Of a stretch of DNA of 62,000 nt, positions 12,226-23,621 are shown in pieces (the first letter of the stretch is position 1; each line of letters opens with the position of its first letter). This DNA comes from Wallemia ichthyophaga EXF-994 (taxonomy: Eukaryota > Fungi > Basidiomycota): NCBI RefSeq assembly GCF_000400465.1, contig NW_008806278.1, positions 60,001 to 122,000 on the forward strand, read 5' to 3'. The translations under genes and the position numbers were made by a program. A model generated the notes under the pieces. The model was not told the origin of the DNA, made no database searches, and was given only the letters and a program-made list of their open reading frames with translations.

Positions 12226-13211
12226 ATGAGATTCTACGAGCAGAAGTTTCCGGAAGTGGATGAGCTGGTGAGTGAGGAAGGCTGCGTTGAACACACTAAC
12301 AGGCAGAGCAGGTGATGGTGCAAGTGCGTCAAATAGCAGAAATGGGTGCATATGTGCAACTGGTGAGTGTGGATGGAATAAGTGAATGAACCCAATTAAA
12401 CACCCTCACCCAGCTCGAATACGACGGTATCGAAGGAATGATACTCCTCTCCGAGCTTTCACGTCGTCGCATAAGGTCAATCCAGAAGCTGATCAGGGTC
12501 GGTCGCAATGAAGTAGTCGTTGTGTTGCGTGTAGACAAGGAGAAAGGCTACATTGATCTTTCCAAGCGTCGTGTGTCTCCGGAAGACGTACTCAAGTGCG
12601 AAGAACGCTTCAACAAATCCAAGGCAGTGTCGTCGATAATGGCACACGTTTCAGGTAAATTGGGCATCGACGCTGAAAAGATTTACTCAGATGTAGCTTG
12701 GCCTCTGCATAGAAAATACGGCCACTCTTACGATGCTTTTAAACTGTCCATCTCTGAACCAGACATGATATTCAATCAATTAGAAGTCAGCGAGGATATC
12801 CTGCGCGAACTCAAGGCAAACATCTCAAGAAGACTCACTCCCCAGCCTGTCAAAATTAGATCTGATTTGGAGGTTACTTGTTTCGGGTACGATGGTATTG
12901 ACGCTATCAAGGGCGCGCTCAAAGCTTGCGAATCCCTCCAAACTGAATCTATCCCTATTAAGATTAAACTCGTCGCTCCACCTCTCTACGTCGTCAGCAC
13001 TACCAGCACCGACAAGCAAGGCGGCCTTTCTCTCCTCGAGAAAGCCGTGCAGGTCGTTCAAGATGAGATGAAAAAGTATGGCGGCGAGGTTAACATCAAG
13101 ATGAAGCCAAAGGCCGTGTCTGAATCCGAAGACAACGAGCTCCAGGCCCTCATGGAGAGAGTCGAGAAGGAGAATGCTGAAGTGTCGGGCGATGAGTCTG
13201 AAAGTGATTAA
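12226..13211 (+). CDS. SUI2: Translation initiation factor eIF2 alpha
   Basis: [53 protein letters not shown] (phospho-Ser loop intact). Introns at 12268-12311 and 12363-12413. Confidence 0.97.
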
Positions 13212-13300
13212 ACGGGGTGCATTGTTAATGCATAAATATTTTCATTTTATATAATCCAAAAAGAAGAGAAAACGTGAATCATTCTATACGTACTTGCGCA

Positions 13301-14943
13301 CTAAGCAAACAGACGCTTAGTGTAGCTGTTCAAACCGTGGACACCACCTTCCAGCTGAGCTGAGGCAGTGCGCAACTCAAACCTAACCTTACCATCTTTG
13401 ACTGACTTTTGCAGCTCAGTGATACTCTTCTCACCCATATCCTGGAGGGAGTGTTGGAGACCATTGTAGAGATAAGGTAAAAATTTGGTGATCGAGCCCT
13501 TATCAACAACATCACCACTGACACCTTGTGCCACCTTGACTGAGTCAGACTCAGAGAAGTAGCGACCACTAGCAGCATTGTCCTTAGTGTCACTCTCAGC
13601 TGTTGCGCTCTTCTTCTTGAGCTTGTGCTGCATGGCATCAATCGAACCCATTCCACGGTAAGCCTTCACGCGCTGGCCTTGATGGTAGAAGTATTCACCA
13701 GGTGATTCAGTCGTGCCTGCTAACATACCACCCATCATGCACGCCGACGCACCGAGGCACACCGCTTTGACTATGTGACCGACATTGCCAATACCACCGT
13801 CGGCGATACATGGGACACCAAACTGGTTGGCAAATTCTGCAACAGCGTAGACGGCAGTACCTTGTGGTCTGCCCACAGCCATGACTTCCTGGGTGATACA
13901 AATGGAGCCTTGTGACATGTGTTAGAGGGAGCAGCGTCGAAATTTCCACACCCACCTGATCCCATACCAATACGTAATCCATCAGCACCAGCGCTGATCA
14001 GCTGTGCTGCTTGCTCTCTAGTGACGACATTTCCAGCAATCACGTCCAATTTCTTAAAGTTTTCCTTGGTCCATTTGAGCATGTTAATCTGGTACACCGA
14101 GTTACCTTGTGAGGAGTCGAGGATGACAACATCGAGACCAGCCTCAACAAGCAGGCGAAGACGCTCCTTGTCTGCGTCTCTGGTACCGACAGATGCACCA
14201 CAGTACAACTGCTTAGTCTCTGGATGTTTAGATGCTAATGGGAAGTTGAGATTCTTAAGTAAATCTGATCTAGCGAGCAGTGCGCTGAGGTTACCCTTCG
14301 AATCGACGATAGGCAATTTACCCTTTTTAGAAACGCGCAAAATCTTATTGGCCTCCTCCAAGTTGATACCGTGGTTGCCTGTGACCAAGTCAGTCGTCAT
14401 AACTTCCTTCACTTCCGCGTTGAGGTTCTGGAATTGAATGTCTCTCGCTGTAACGATACCGAGGAGTTTAGAGTGTAAGGCACCCGACTCAGTTATAGGA
14501 ATACCACCAAAGCCGAGCTTATCCTTGATATCGAGTACGTCGCTCACTTTAGCCGTTGGTTTGAGACAGATTGGATCCGTGATAAAACCGTTCTCGAATT
14601 TTTTCACCTGGCGCACCATATTAGCTTGTTCTTCTGGAGTGTTGTTGTGATGAATGATACCAATACCGCCCATGAGAGCTATGTACGTAGCCATATCAGT
14701 CTCGGTGACAGAGTCCATTGGCGAAGACACGAATGGCGCTGAGAGCTCAATGTTGCGAGAAACCTTTGTCTTGAGGCTGACGCTGGCGCTGTCAAAGTTT
14801 ATGTGGCCTGGGAGTACGAGGAAATCTTGATAGGTGAGTCCACCGCGGGTCTTTGAGTCCATCAGTGATTGCACAGAGAGACCGTCTCTTTCTTCGTAGG
14901 ATTTGAGGTGTGCAAGCGCATCGTTGGCATTCATTTCTGGCAT
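13301..14943 (-). CDS. IMD: Inosine-5'-monophosphate dehydrogenase
   Basis: CBS subdomain, DSSQGNS, and the catalytic GMGSGSICITQ restored by removing intron 13909-13955. Also KAYRGMGS and QGVSG. Confidence 0.97.
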
Positions 14944-15238
14944 TTTCAGTGAGATGCTTGTGGTTGTAGTAATGCAAGAGGTGAACGCGAACAAAGTTTC
15001 GCTCAAGTTGGCCGTCGGGGGAATTGCACAGTGGAGATAGCGGATTTAAGGGTGAGAGGCTCTAGCGGGTAATTAAGTTAGTGCTCGATGTGTCGTTCGG
15101 GTTTAACAGCTGTATCGGAGAAGATGAAGATGCGATTGGAGATATGCTACAAAGCGTAGTCTAAGAATACAAATCTCCAATCCAAATCCTCGCATCTCTA
15201 TTCCTTTTTCATCTGCTTTCCATCAGCTCTCTATCTGG

Positions 15239-15784
15239 ATGACGACGATCAGTGAATTTCCACCATTCTACACACAGCAGCCGAATGGCACTACACTATC
15301 CCAGCAACTTAGTCTGTGGCAGAGGCACATACTCGCAACATGCAAGCAGCGGCGGCAGTTCAAATTGAGTTATAGCGATGACATATGGGCGAATGACAAG
15401 ATAAAGCGTGTGTAAAGAGATAGTGTTGAGTTTATAGCTGAATAAGCTACAGGGGCTGCGTCCAAGGATTTTATCGGTGCTATCCTCGAATCAATCGTTA
15501 AGGACGGTGTAGCTGCGTTTACAGATGCGAGTAAAGATAGCGTCTGGGTGTACTGGAGAAGCTTAGCTGAATGGTCTGAAATTGTTTACGACTACGTTTT
15601 AAACACAGCACAGCTTAACACGCCTCTGACTTATTATGAGCTCACACAAGGCGAGTACAGCCATCTGAGTGAATTGCACCAATTACCTGTAGAAATCCTT
15701 AAGATGGCCATAAACATACTCACAAAACAATCCAAGGCTGCGATTATAAAATCCAGTCAAGGCGAAGGCGTGAAATTTTTCTAA
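15239..15784 (+). CDS. VPS25: ESCRT-II subunit Vps25
   Basis: N-terminal FPPFYTQQP..QLSLW, VYWRSLAEWSEIVYDYV and C-terminal GVKFF. Intron 15408-15452. Confidence 0.9.
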
Positions 15785-15802
15785 CAATTTCAATAAATAA
15801 AG

Positions 15803-16580
15803 TTACATTGGAATCTTATAATCGATGCCCTTCTTATCGAGCTTCTGCTGCTTCTTCTCAAGTGCTTTCTGGTACTTGCTTACAGCCTTCTGTTTCTCCT
15901 CCTCGGTCTTCTCCTTATTGAAATTCAATCTCTCTATTCTGTCAGTAGGCGTTGGTCTAAACTTGCGATTGGCTCCTTTGAAGAGGTGCTCGTTTATATC
16001 CTTGTCATCCAACACTTCCACAACCAGCAATCTATTCTCAATGAGGTAGTTGTTCATAGTCTCAGCTACGATCTCCGCAACTTCGAGACTCTCAAACTCT
16101 ATAAAGGCATAATGCTTACTCTTGCCTGTCTTCTTGTTACGTGATAGTCTAAGTCTCGTTATATCACCAAATTGAGAGAAATATGCTCTCATTTCATTCT
16201 CGTAGAAACCATGAGGGATATGTCCAACAAATACTACACCCCTCTTGTTCTTCTTGGAAGCTGCTTTACCCAATTTCGCTTTAACCTGGGAGTTGGTTGG
16301 CACTTTTGGCACAGGTTTGGACTCCTTTGAGATGGCTTCTTCGTCAGAGCTGCCGTCTGAATCACTGCTATCGCTGTTGTACTCGTTGATATTGATCTCA
16401 TCCTATAGATAAGTTAGCTGGTTGGTTCTTATTATCCGCTTAACATGCACCAACCTGATCTTCAAATTTATCCTCTTTCTTCCCAGCATTCTTCTGTGTA
16501 TTCTGCTGCGTAGCTTTCTTCACGTTCTCATTACCCTTTCTGCCTTCATTGATTGACTTCTTTGTTGCGTCTTTAGGCAT
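15803..16580 (-). CDS. NOP15: Nucleolar RRM protein Nop15/NIFK
   Basis: GVVFVGHIPHGFYENEMRAYFSQFGDITRLRLSRNKKTGKSKHYAFIEF. The Lys-rich first exon from ATG 16580 joins through one intron. Confidence 0.9.
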
Positions 16581-16707
16581 AGTGTTGGTCGTACTTATCA
16601 ACAACGAAAAGGAAATTTACAATTAAAATATGATATTCAGATAGGATATGATATATTCTTTTCATCCATTTGGTATGTGCCATTTCATCTAACCGGTTTC
16701 ACAATCT

Positions 16708-18094
16708 TTAAGCATTCAAATTTGTAAGGGTAGAAGACTGGTTCGGCTGTTCTTCAATTGATACTAGTGGTTGATCCGGTTTTGTTATTGTCTCTGTTGG
16801 GTCACCATTTGGTCTGAAATAGCTTTTTCTCCGCATCTTCGTGTAATCGTACACGCCAAATTTTTCCTCCATCTTCACCCACGCAGGTTCTAGTTGTGTA
16901 ACATCCCGCTTCGGGTCACGTTTCTTGGCTTTGAGGGGGTTATCCTCCAGCAACAGCTCTTCCAATTCATGTGTAGCGTCAAAATTTGCTTTCTTTGACT
17001 GCTGGATTGTTAGAGGGGGAGAGACTAAAAGAACAACTCACGTCTGGTAAAAAGTTAGGCATTTCTTGCTTGGTCTGTAGTTTCTCCCAATCAAGCGTCT
17101 TGAACCAGGGATGAGCCATGAGAGCTTCAAAGCCGCCATCTTGACTGCAACCCAGTCTATGATCAGGATCGCGTTCCAAGAGACCATTGATAGCGCTCAA
17201 TCCTTCCTGTGAAACCTTTTCCTTAGCATCTTCAGGGAAAATGAGCTCTTGTGTCTTGATAGCGTTTGTGAGACTTGAGTTTGTCTTGGCTCTGAATGGT
17301 CTCTTATTGAAAATGAGCTCGAAGGCGACAATACCGAGTGACCACCAGTCGACAGTAGTGAAATAGCCTCTCTTTTCCAGCACTTCTGGAGCCATATACG
17401 CCATACTTCCAGCGACGCCGGTAAGCGGGCGTTTTCCAAGGAAGCAAGCGATGTTAAAATCAGTAAGGTGGGCATGACCAGCATCGTCTAGGAGAATATT
17501 ATCGGGCTTCACATCGCGATGAACGATGCGTCTCTGATGCAAGTAGTCTAGGGCTAGTGCGATCTCAGCGATGTAGATTTTGACAGAGCGTTCATCAAAC
17601 GCGCCGTTACGCTCGAGGTGGAAGCGTAAGTCACCGCCAAGTTCTAAATCGATGACCATAAAGAGATTTTCGTCATCTTGGAAGGCGTAGCGCAAGTTGA
17701 CGACGTAAGGATGGTCAATTTCCTCAAGCAAGCGACGTTCTTGGATTATGTTATCGGCAGCCCGCATTTTAACGCATTTTTCTTTGTTTATGTACTTGAG
17801 CGCGTAGAGTTTCTTAGTGTGCTTGTGCTGTACGACACGGACCTAAAGAAGCCGGAGTGAGATGAAAGCGGGGATATTTGAGACATACCCACCTTTCCGA
17901 AAGCGCCCTTTCCTACAGCTCTAAGGAGGCTGAAATGCCACAGATCGACTGGGCCTGTGCATGTGTTAGTGAGTCTGGGTAGCCGGTGAGGAGCACACAT
18001 ACCATCGAAATCAATCTTCTAGAGGAGCGTGAGTGTTATTTACAGCGCGAAGAACGCCTGAACTTACATTTGGCTTGCAGCATATGCCGCCCAT
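16708..18094 (-). CDS. AGC-group YANK/STK32-like Ser/Thr kinase
   Basis: The spliced start is MGGICCKPNKIDFDGPVDLWHFSLLRAVGKGAFGKV, followed by HRDVKPDN, DFNIA and C-terminal NFDATHELEELLLEDNPL. Four introns, including a 16-nt exon at 18003-18018. Confidence 0.9.
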
Positions 18095-18234
18095 GATGAG
18101 AGTATAAAGCGAAGAGTGTGGAGGTGCGGAATATGTGGAGGTAGAGACGGTATTTGAGGTATTATTTCAGGTTATCCATAAGAACAAGCAACAATTCACC
18201 CTTAATCCCACTCTTCCATCACTTTACACTCCAA

Positions 18235-18702
18235 ATGATCGAATTGCATTCACTTGGTGATTTAAACCAACTTCAAGCTGGCAAACTGAGCGTGATTGAT
18301 TTCTACGCTGATTGGTGTGGTCCTTGTGTCACCATAGCCCCACGCTACGAGGCTCTCTCTAAGCAATTTCCCTCAGTCAACTTCTTCAAATGCAATACTG
18401 ACACAGCGAAAGACGTGGCTGCAAAGTACAGAATTAGCGCAATGCCCACTTTTATCTTTCTTATCGGCGATAAAGTGCTAGAAACGATAAAGGGTGCAAA
18501 CGCTGCTGCGATTGAGGCAGCGCTCAAGAAGTACTCCAAAGAGCACTCCAAAGGCTCTGCTTTCTCCGGTAAAGGGCAGACTTTAGGTGGTAAGCCTGCT
18601 GCAAAGTCAAATGGCAGTTCTAGCAGCGAGTTCAACTCTCATTTGCTCATTGGTATCGCACTCCTCTCAGTCTACGCTGGTCTGTGGTATTATAATATGT
18701 AA
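18235..18702 (+). CDS. Thioredoxin (WCGPC) with a putative SHP box and C-terminal TM anchor
   Basis: DFYADWCGPC active site and AMPTF cis-Pro loop, then FSGKGQTLG and a terminal hydrophobic helix LLIGIALLSVYAGLWYY. Confidence 0.88.
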   Translation: MIELHSLGDLNQLQAGKLSVIDFYADWCGPCVTIAPRYEALSKQFPSVNFFKCNTDTAKDVAAKYRISAMPTFIFLIGDKVLETIKGANAAAIEAALKKYSKEHSKGSAFSGKGQTLGGKPAAKSNGSSSSEFNSHLLIGIALLSVYAGLWYYNM

Positions 18703-18738
18703 TTTATCCTTTACTCTCACTTTATTGTCTCACTGGTA

Positions 18739-20434
18739 TTACCTCTGCCTCGAACTACTTCTCCCTCTACTCGCGCCAACATCGTAGAAAAGAGGTGCTT
18801 TATCATCAGGCGAAGTAGCAGCCGTGAGAGCTGCATTCACTGCATTTACCCCAGTCTGCGCTCTACTCGAGGTGGTGGATATAGGAGCCGACATACTCCT
18901 GCGTACATCCAACTCATCGAAATCCATCTGTCCGACGACTTCACCGAAATCCTGCCTTTCTTCCTCTTTTGCATCTTGAACCTCTTTGTTAGCAAGACTG
19001 GACACACTCATCATTTTTATCTTTTCATTGAGTTCCTGTTTCGTTATCGTATTGACTGACTGCGCAGTTCTCGATTTCAATTGAGGTTTCTCATCGATCA
19101 TCTTTATAAACTCCCCAATATCGTTATCGTCGTCTATATCCACACCAATATCCTCCTCTGCCAGCGATGATGATAGTTTTGTCGATATTTTGCGTGATAC
19201 CCCCACCGGTGGTGATGGATGAGTTGGTTGCGTGGGTGACGCTAGTGGTTTGATCACACTCTCCCCACTCGAACCACCGATGGAAGATGTACGTCTGTAG
19301 CCGAAGCTTGATGAGTATCGTCGGTTCGTCGTAGAAGAGCTGCTCGACTGATTCTCGGGTATACTGATTGCCGTGTTTGTGGTATTAGTGGTGTTGGCGG
19401 TATTCATGCGCTGATATGAATGTGCACCGACTCCTGTAAACGACGGTGAAGGCGATGCTCCGTACATACTCAATGGGCGCACTGAGGGAGACGACGAGTA
19501 AGACGTAGTGCGCGGCGAGAGGTTAGAGAGGTTGCTCGAAGTGCGCACTCTGCTTGCACCCGTACGCGCCACGTAATCACGCACGACGTTGCCCTCTTCG
19601 CCCTTCTCCGCCTTGTCCACCTTCTCACCAGACGTAGAACGATGCTTAGTCAGCGTCGGTGTGTAATAATCCTCATCTACAAAGTGCGAAGACAGCAGGG
19701 ACTCTATATCGTCAACAATAAAGTTGATAGACCGGCGATAGTCCACACTGAGGTTGAATGTCCCTACGGGAGTATTTATAGGGCTAAATCGGTGAATGTC
19801 TGTAGCATTGCTCGCTGTGTCCTGCGATAACTGTGCATCGATGGGCAACACACCCTCAGATGCGCCCTTCTCTGCGCTGAGCCTGCATCCGATATTTAAT
19901 CCACGCGAATGACACCGCCTAAGCCTGCGAATCAGTCCATATAGCGGTAGCAGTCGTAGGAGGGTGTATAGAGCACGGAATAACACTATCGACCGCTTGT
20001 ACACTACAGGTAGCTCCTCTTGTGTACCACTAGCGCTGCCACTGCCAGTGAGTTGCAGCGTCCACCGCTCTAGCACTACGCTCTCCTGCACCGTGTTGCG
20101 CTTATTCTGGTTGTCGACAAATAGACACGCCTGATTCGGCGGTATGTCGGAGGAATCGAGTATGAATTCAACCACCATTGGCGGGATTTGCGTTGTGTTG
20201 GAGAGATTCTTCCACGTGCTCAGCTCATTGTGGAACAAGCTACTTCCACTATCTGTCGTTTGTATATTGAACTGCGACAGATCTTTAAATAATGGCAATC
20301 ACGATGGCTGGGCTACTCACCCACTTGGACACCCGCGTCTTGGTCTCCGGTAGCGCCACTCTACTCTCCAGTAGCAGATGCAACGTCTTGCTGTAGAAGT
20401 TATTCAATATTAAATCTACTTTCGAGTCCCCCAT
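18739..20434 (-). CDS. ATG13: Autophagy protein Atg13 (HORMA domain plus disordered Ser-rich tail)
   Basis: Exon 1 MGDSKVDLILNNFYSKT..SKW is spliced (intron 20272-20320) to FNIQT. Also VLERWTL and LPVVYKRSIVLFRALYTLLRLLP. Confidence 0.88.
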
Positions 20435-20537
20435 CACGGTATCTAATCAACAGTCCATCGATGATGACATAAATTAATCTTTATCACATATTTTAAAATT
20501 ATACAACAATGCTAGAATGTTTTCCTGGAAAACTGGA

Positions 20538-23160
20538 TCATGGCATGCCCACCAGCCTTGCTAACAAGGCTAGCAGGGAGGGGTTTTCCGACGATGCGTA
20601 GAACGCGAGCGAGTCGCGCATAATCTGAAAGCAGTTCGTAAGCCATGAAACACCAGCACCAATACTTCCCACACTCACCTTACTCTGTTTATTGAACGCA
20701 TGCTCGAATTTGTTGAGCTCGCTCCATATCTTACCCAACGGAACTATACTCTCCGACGGCTCTATCCCGCTCCTGCGTGCTTCAGCGATTGCTTCACCCG
20801 CCTCAACAGCCGTTTTGGTCAATTGTACCGAGTATAATGTGAAAGTACCGATCGTCTTCATGATATTCTGCAAACGTTCGATCAATCGCGCATTCGTTAG
20901 CATACATTCCTTCAGACAGCCGTCGAGGAAATCGACATGATCCTTCAGCAACGCATCGACCGTCTGCACCTTGCCGATCTTCTCCTCCAACTCGAGCGAC
21001 TTAATGTGGAGCACCTCCTCACACACATAGCCAGTCACTTGCCTGACCAACTCCAGCATGCGCGCGCGAAGCACACACACCCGCGTCCGCCACATATCGA
21101 AAGGCTTGTAGCGTAGATTCCGTCTCCAACAGTCCTGCGTATGCTCACCCCACATCCCAACCAGCGCGCTTTCTGTGTACTTAAGATGAAGCAAAAATCT
21201 AAATATTAGCTGATATCTGAGGATAGTCTTGCGGGAAATAACCAAAGACAGCGGAAAACTAACTGTGTAGTCAAACGAGAGTCCTTCAATTGCTCGTATT
21301 GGCTTCTCTTCTGCGCCTTTGCGCTGGTTCAAGTTGTCCTCCTGGCCCAGCGCTCCACTCACATTTACAACAGTGAGCAACCACTGGTAAAGAGGCTCTC
21401 TGCTCATAGTAACCTTGATATCTTCTTTGTACGGGTCGTTGAAGCTGGGTGAGGCGGGATTGCGGAGCGTCAAATCTAGAAGCGATTGTAACTTGACCAA
21501 ATTCGCATTCTTGGCTGGCTTACGCAGCTCATTGTAGCTTTGGTCAAGGAAATGCACGAAGAAATCTGAGTCTGCAAGAAAAAAGTAGTGTTTCAGACTC
21601 CTCAACCGCGAAACTAGTCCCTCGTCTTCCAAGAGCAGTTTCAATAGCGCTCTGTTAGCGTGTGTGTAGGCATCTTCGACTTGTTTGTAGAATGGTGGTG
21701 AATTGATTGATGTTCTCTCTAACTCCCCGTAATTGCGGTGTTTGGACACTTCTATACCACATTCTCTAATAACGTTGAGATATTTACCAGCGAAAAGTAT
21801 CTTAAATTTCCACGCTTCCAGGAATGGCGGTATACATGCACCTCCAGCCAAACGCTTAAGGCGACCTTCATCATCGAACGCTGTATCTGGTTTAAATGGT
21901 TTTTCGACGCTCGATCCATCGCGGAGCGTATATCTTTTCTCCCAGTACTCATCTGTATAGTCCATATCAAGACCCTTCTTGCTAATAGATTTAGCCTCGC
22001 GCACAAGCAGCTCATCGTAAGGGTCATTGAGGTCACCGGAAGTTGTCCAACTCAGTAGCATTTCAGCATAAGGTTGTGATGCGTGAAAAAGTAATCTGGT
22101 GAACACTTCATGGGCGACAGGATCGCCTGAAGATTTCATCAACTTCTCCCACACCACTTTAATAACCTCGCCACCTTTAACAATACCTTCACTCTCCAAA
22201 GCTGTTTCTTTGGCTTCTGCGTTGATCTGTGCTATAGCTTTCTTCATTGTCTCACCCATCATATCCTCACTATCATCCTCTTCCGGATCGACCTGATCAT
22301 CGGTTATGTCTGGAGTTTCAGTCTTAATAAGTTCGAGTGCGAGTTGATGGACAAGGGTAAGTTTGTGCAAAGCTGGTTGGAGGTGGTAGAAAGCCATCTG
22401 AAGAGTGTAGCAGGGTGAAGTATAGAAAAGGGTTTCTAGTTGAGCGAGTAGCAAGTGGTATTCCTGTGTGTGTCAGTGAGGCATAGTAACCAAGCCAATA
22501 GCCACCTTGAGCATATCCCTGATAGCTGCACAGAGCGCATGATTAACGAGACCCCAATCCATCGCAGAACGCTGCTCAACGAACGCCGTTATTGATGTGT
22601 ACAGCGAAGCGAGTGGGAGTACGCGATGGATAAGAGTAGCGAGACCGTGGTCAATAGAGGGATCGACGATGAACTCACTCCCCTTAAGTCGAGCATTCAT
22701 GTCGTCATACGCGTAATCTGGGTGGTATGTAATGTATTGTCCTTGGATGCCCTGTAAACTGTCGGTGGTAATTCAAATCACAGACAAGGAACTTACAACC
22801 AGAACATACTGAAAATCTTCAAGAATCGCAGCCTGCTGTATATCCAAACCAACATCTTTGAAAGCACTCGACTTCCTAATTGAGTTGTAGCTGTGCGGGG
22901 AGAGTTGCGGGACGCGTGAGTTGAGCGGCGCGCGCAGGAAACTTGGCTCAGGCTGGAAGGAATAATCCTGGAAAACCTGATAATCATTGCCATCGTCATC
23001 GTCGTCGTCGACAGTTGTAAGTTTAGTATTGATCTGGAAATGACTTAGTTTTTGTACTCTGTAAAAGCCTACTGCATACCCTATTATATTGCTTGTTCGA
23101 TAAGCCAGCAAGGCGCGAGCTTGGCCGCGCTGTCGTCGGCGTCGTCGTCATCCGTTCCAT
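20538..23160 (-). CDS. SPC97: Gamma-tubulin complex component GCP2/Spc97
   Basis: QQAAILEDFQYVLVGIQGQYI, GLVNHALCAAIRDML, YWEKRYTLR, ILFAGKYLNVIREC and KTILRYQLIFRFLL. Four introns read by eye. Confidence 0.9.
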
Positions 23161-23283
23161 CTCGGTGATCGTGGTGCTCGTCGTAGTTGATCAAGTTGAT
23201 TTGTTACCGCCATGCCGAGCAACAGAATCCGCCCGCCAAATTCAAACAGCTTTAGCTATCTCGTCTGGAAATTTATAACTGTC

Positions 23284-23571
23284 ATGGAGAGCGAGTGGGG
23301 ATTTGCAATGTGAGTGATGAGCCTTGTCTTCTGTCTTCGTCTCCTTACGCTAACTAGTCTAGAGCCATGGGAGAAGGCTATGGTGCTATCTCTTCTATTA
23401 ACAGTTTCTTCAATTATCCTCTTTTCCGTACTCTTTTACGCCCCCGCGCAGCTCCTCCGCCTCAAGACGAGACTAGCTTATTACTTATTCGGCAGCGACT
23501 CGTCGCAGAAAGAAATTATTGCTGTCTTTACCGAGTGGTCTAATGTGATTAGAGGCGTTTCCCAGCCTTAA
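23284..23571 (+). CDS. Serine palmitoyltransferase small subunit-like (ssSPT/DUF3317)
   Basis: The spliced product (intron 23310-23357) is MESEWGFAILEPWEKAMVLSLLL..YAPAQLLRLKTRLAYYL. The LEPWEK plus TM plus AYY pattern fits this family. Confidence 0.8.
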
Positions 23572-23621
23572 TTCTGTGTATTTCTACGTGTACTTATAAA
23601 GGTATCATGTATTCTTCCTTT

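Noticed and set aside
13620-13670. Mycophenolate-resistant IMPDH (MpaF-type) or a self-resistance cluster
   Set aside because: The flap motif is the ordinary KAYRGMGS and no PKS or tailoring genes are nearby.
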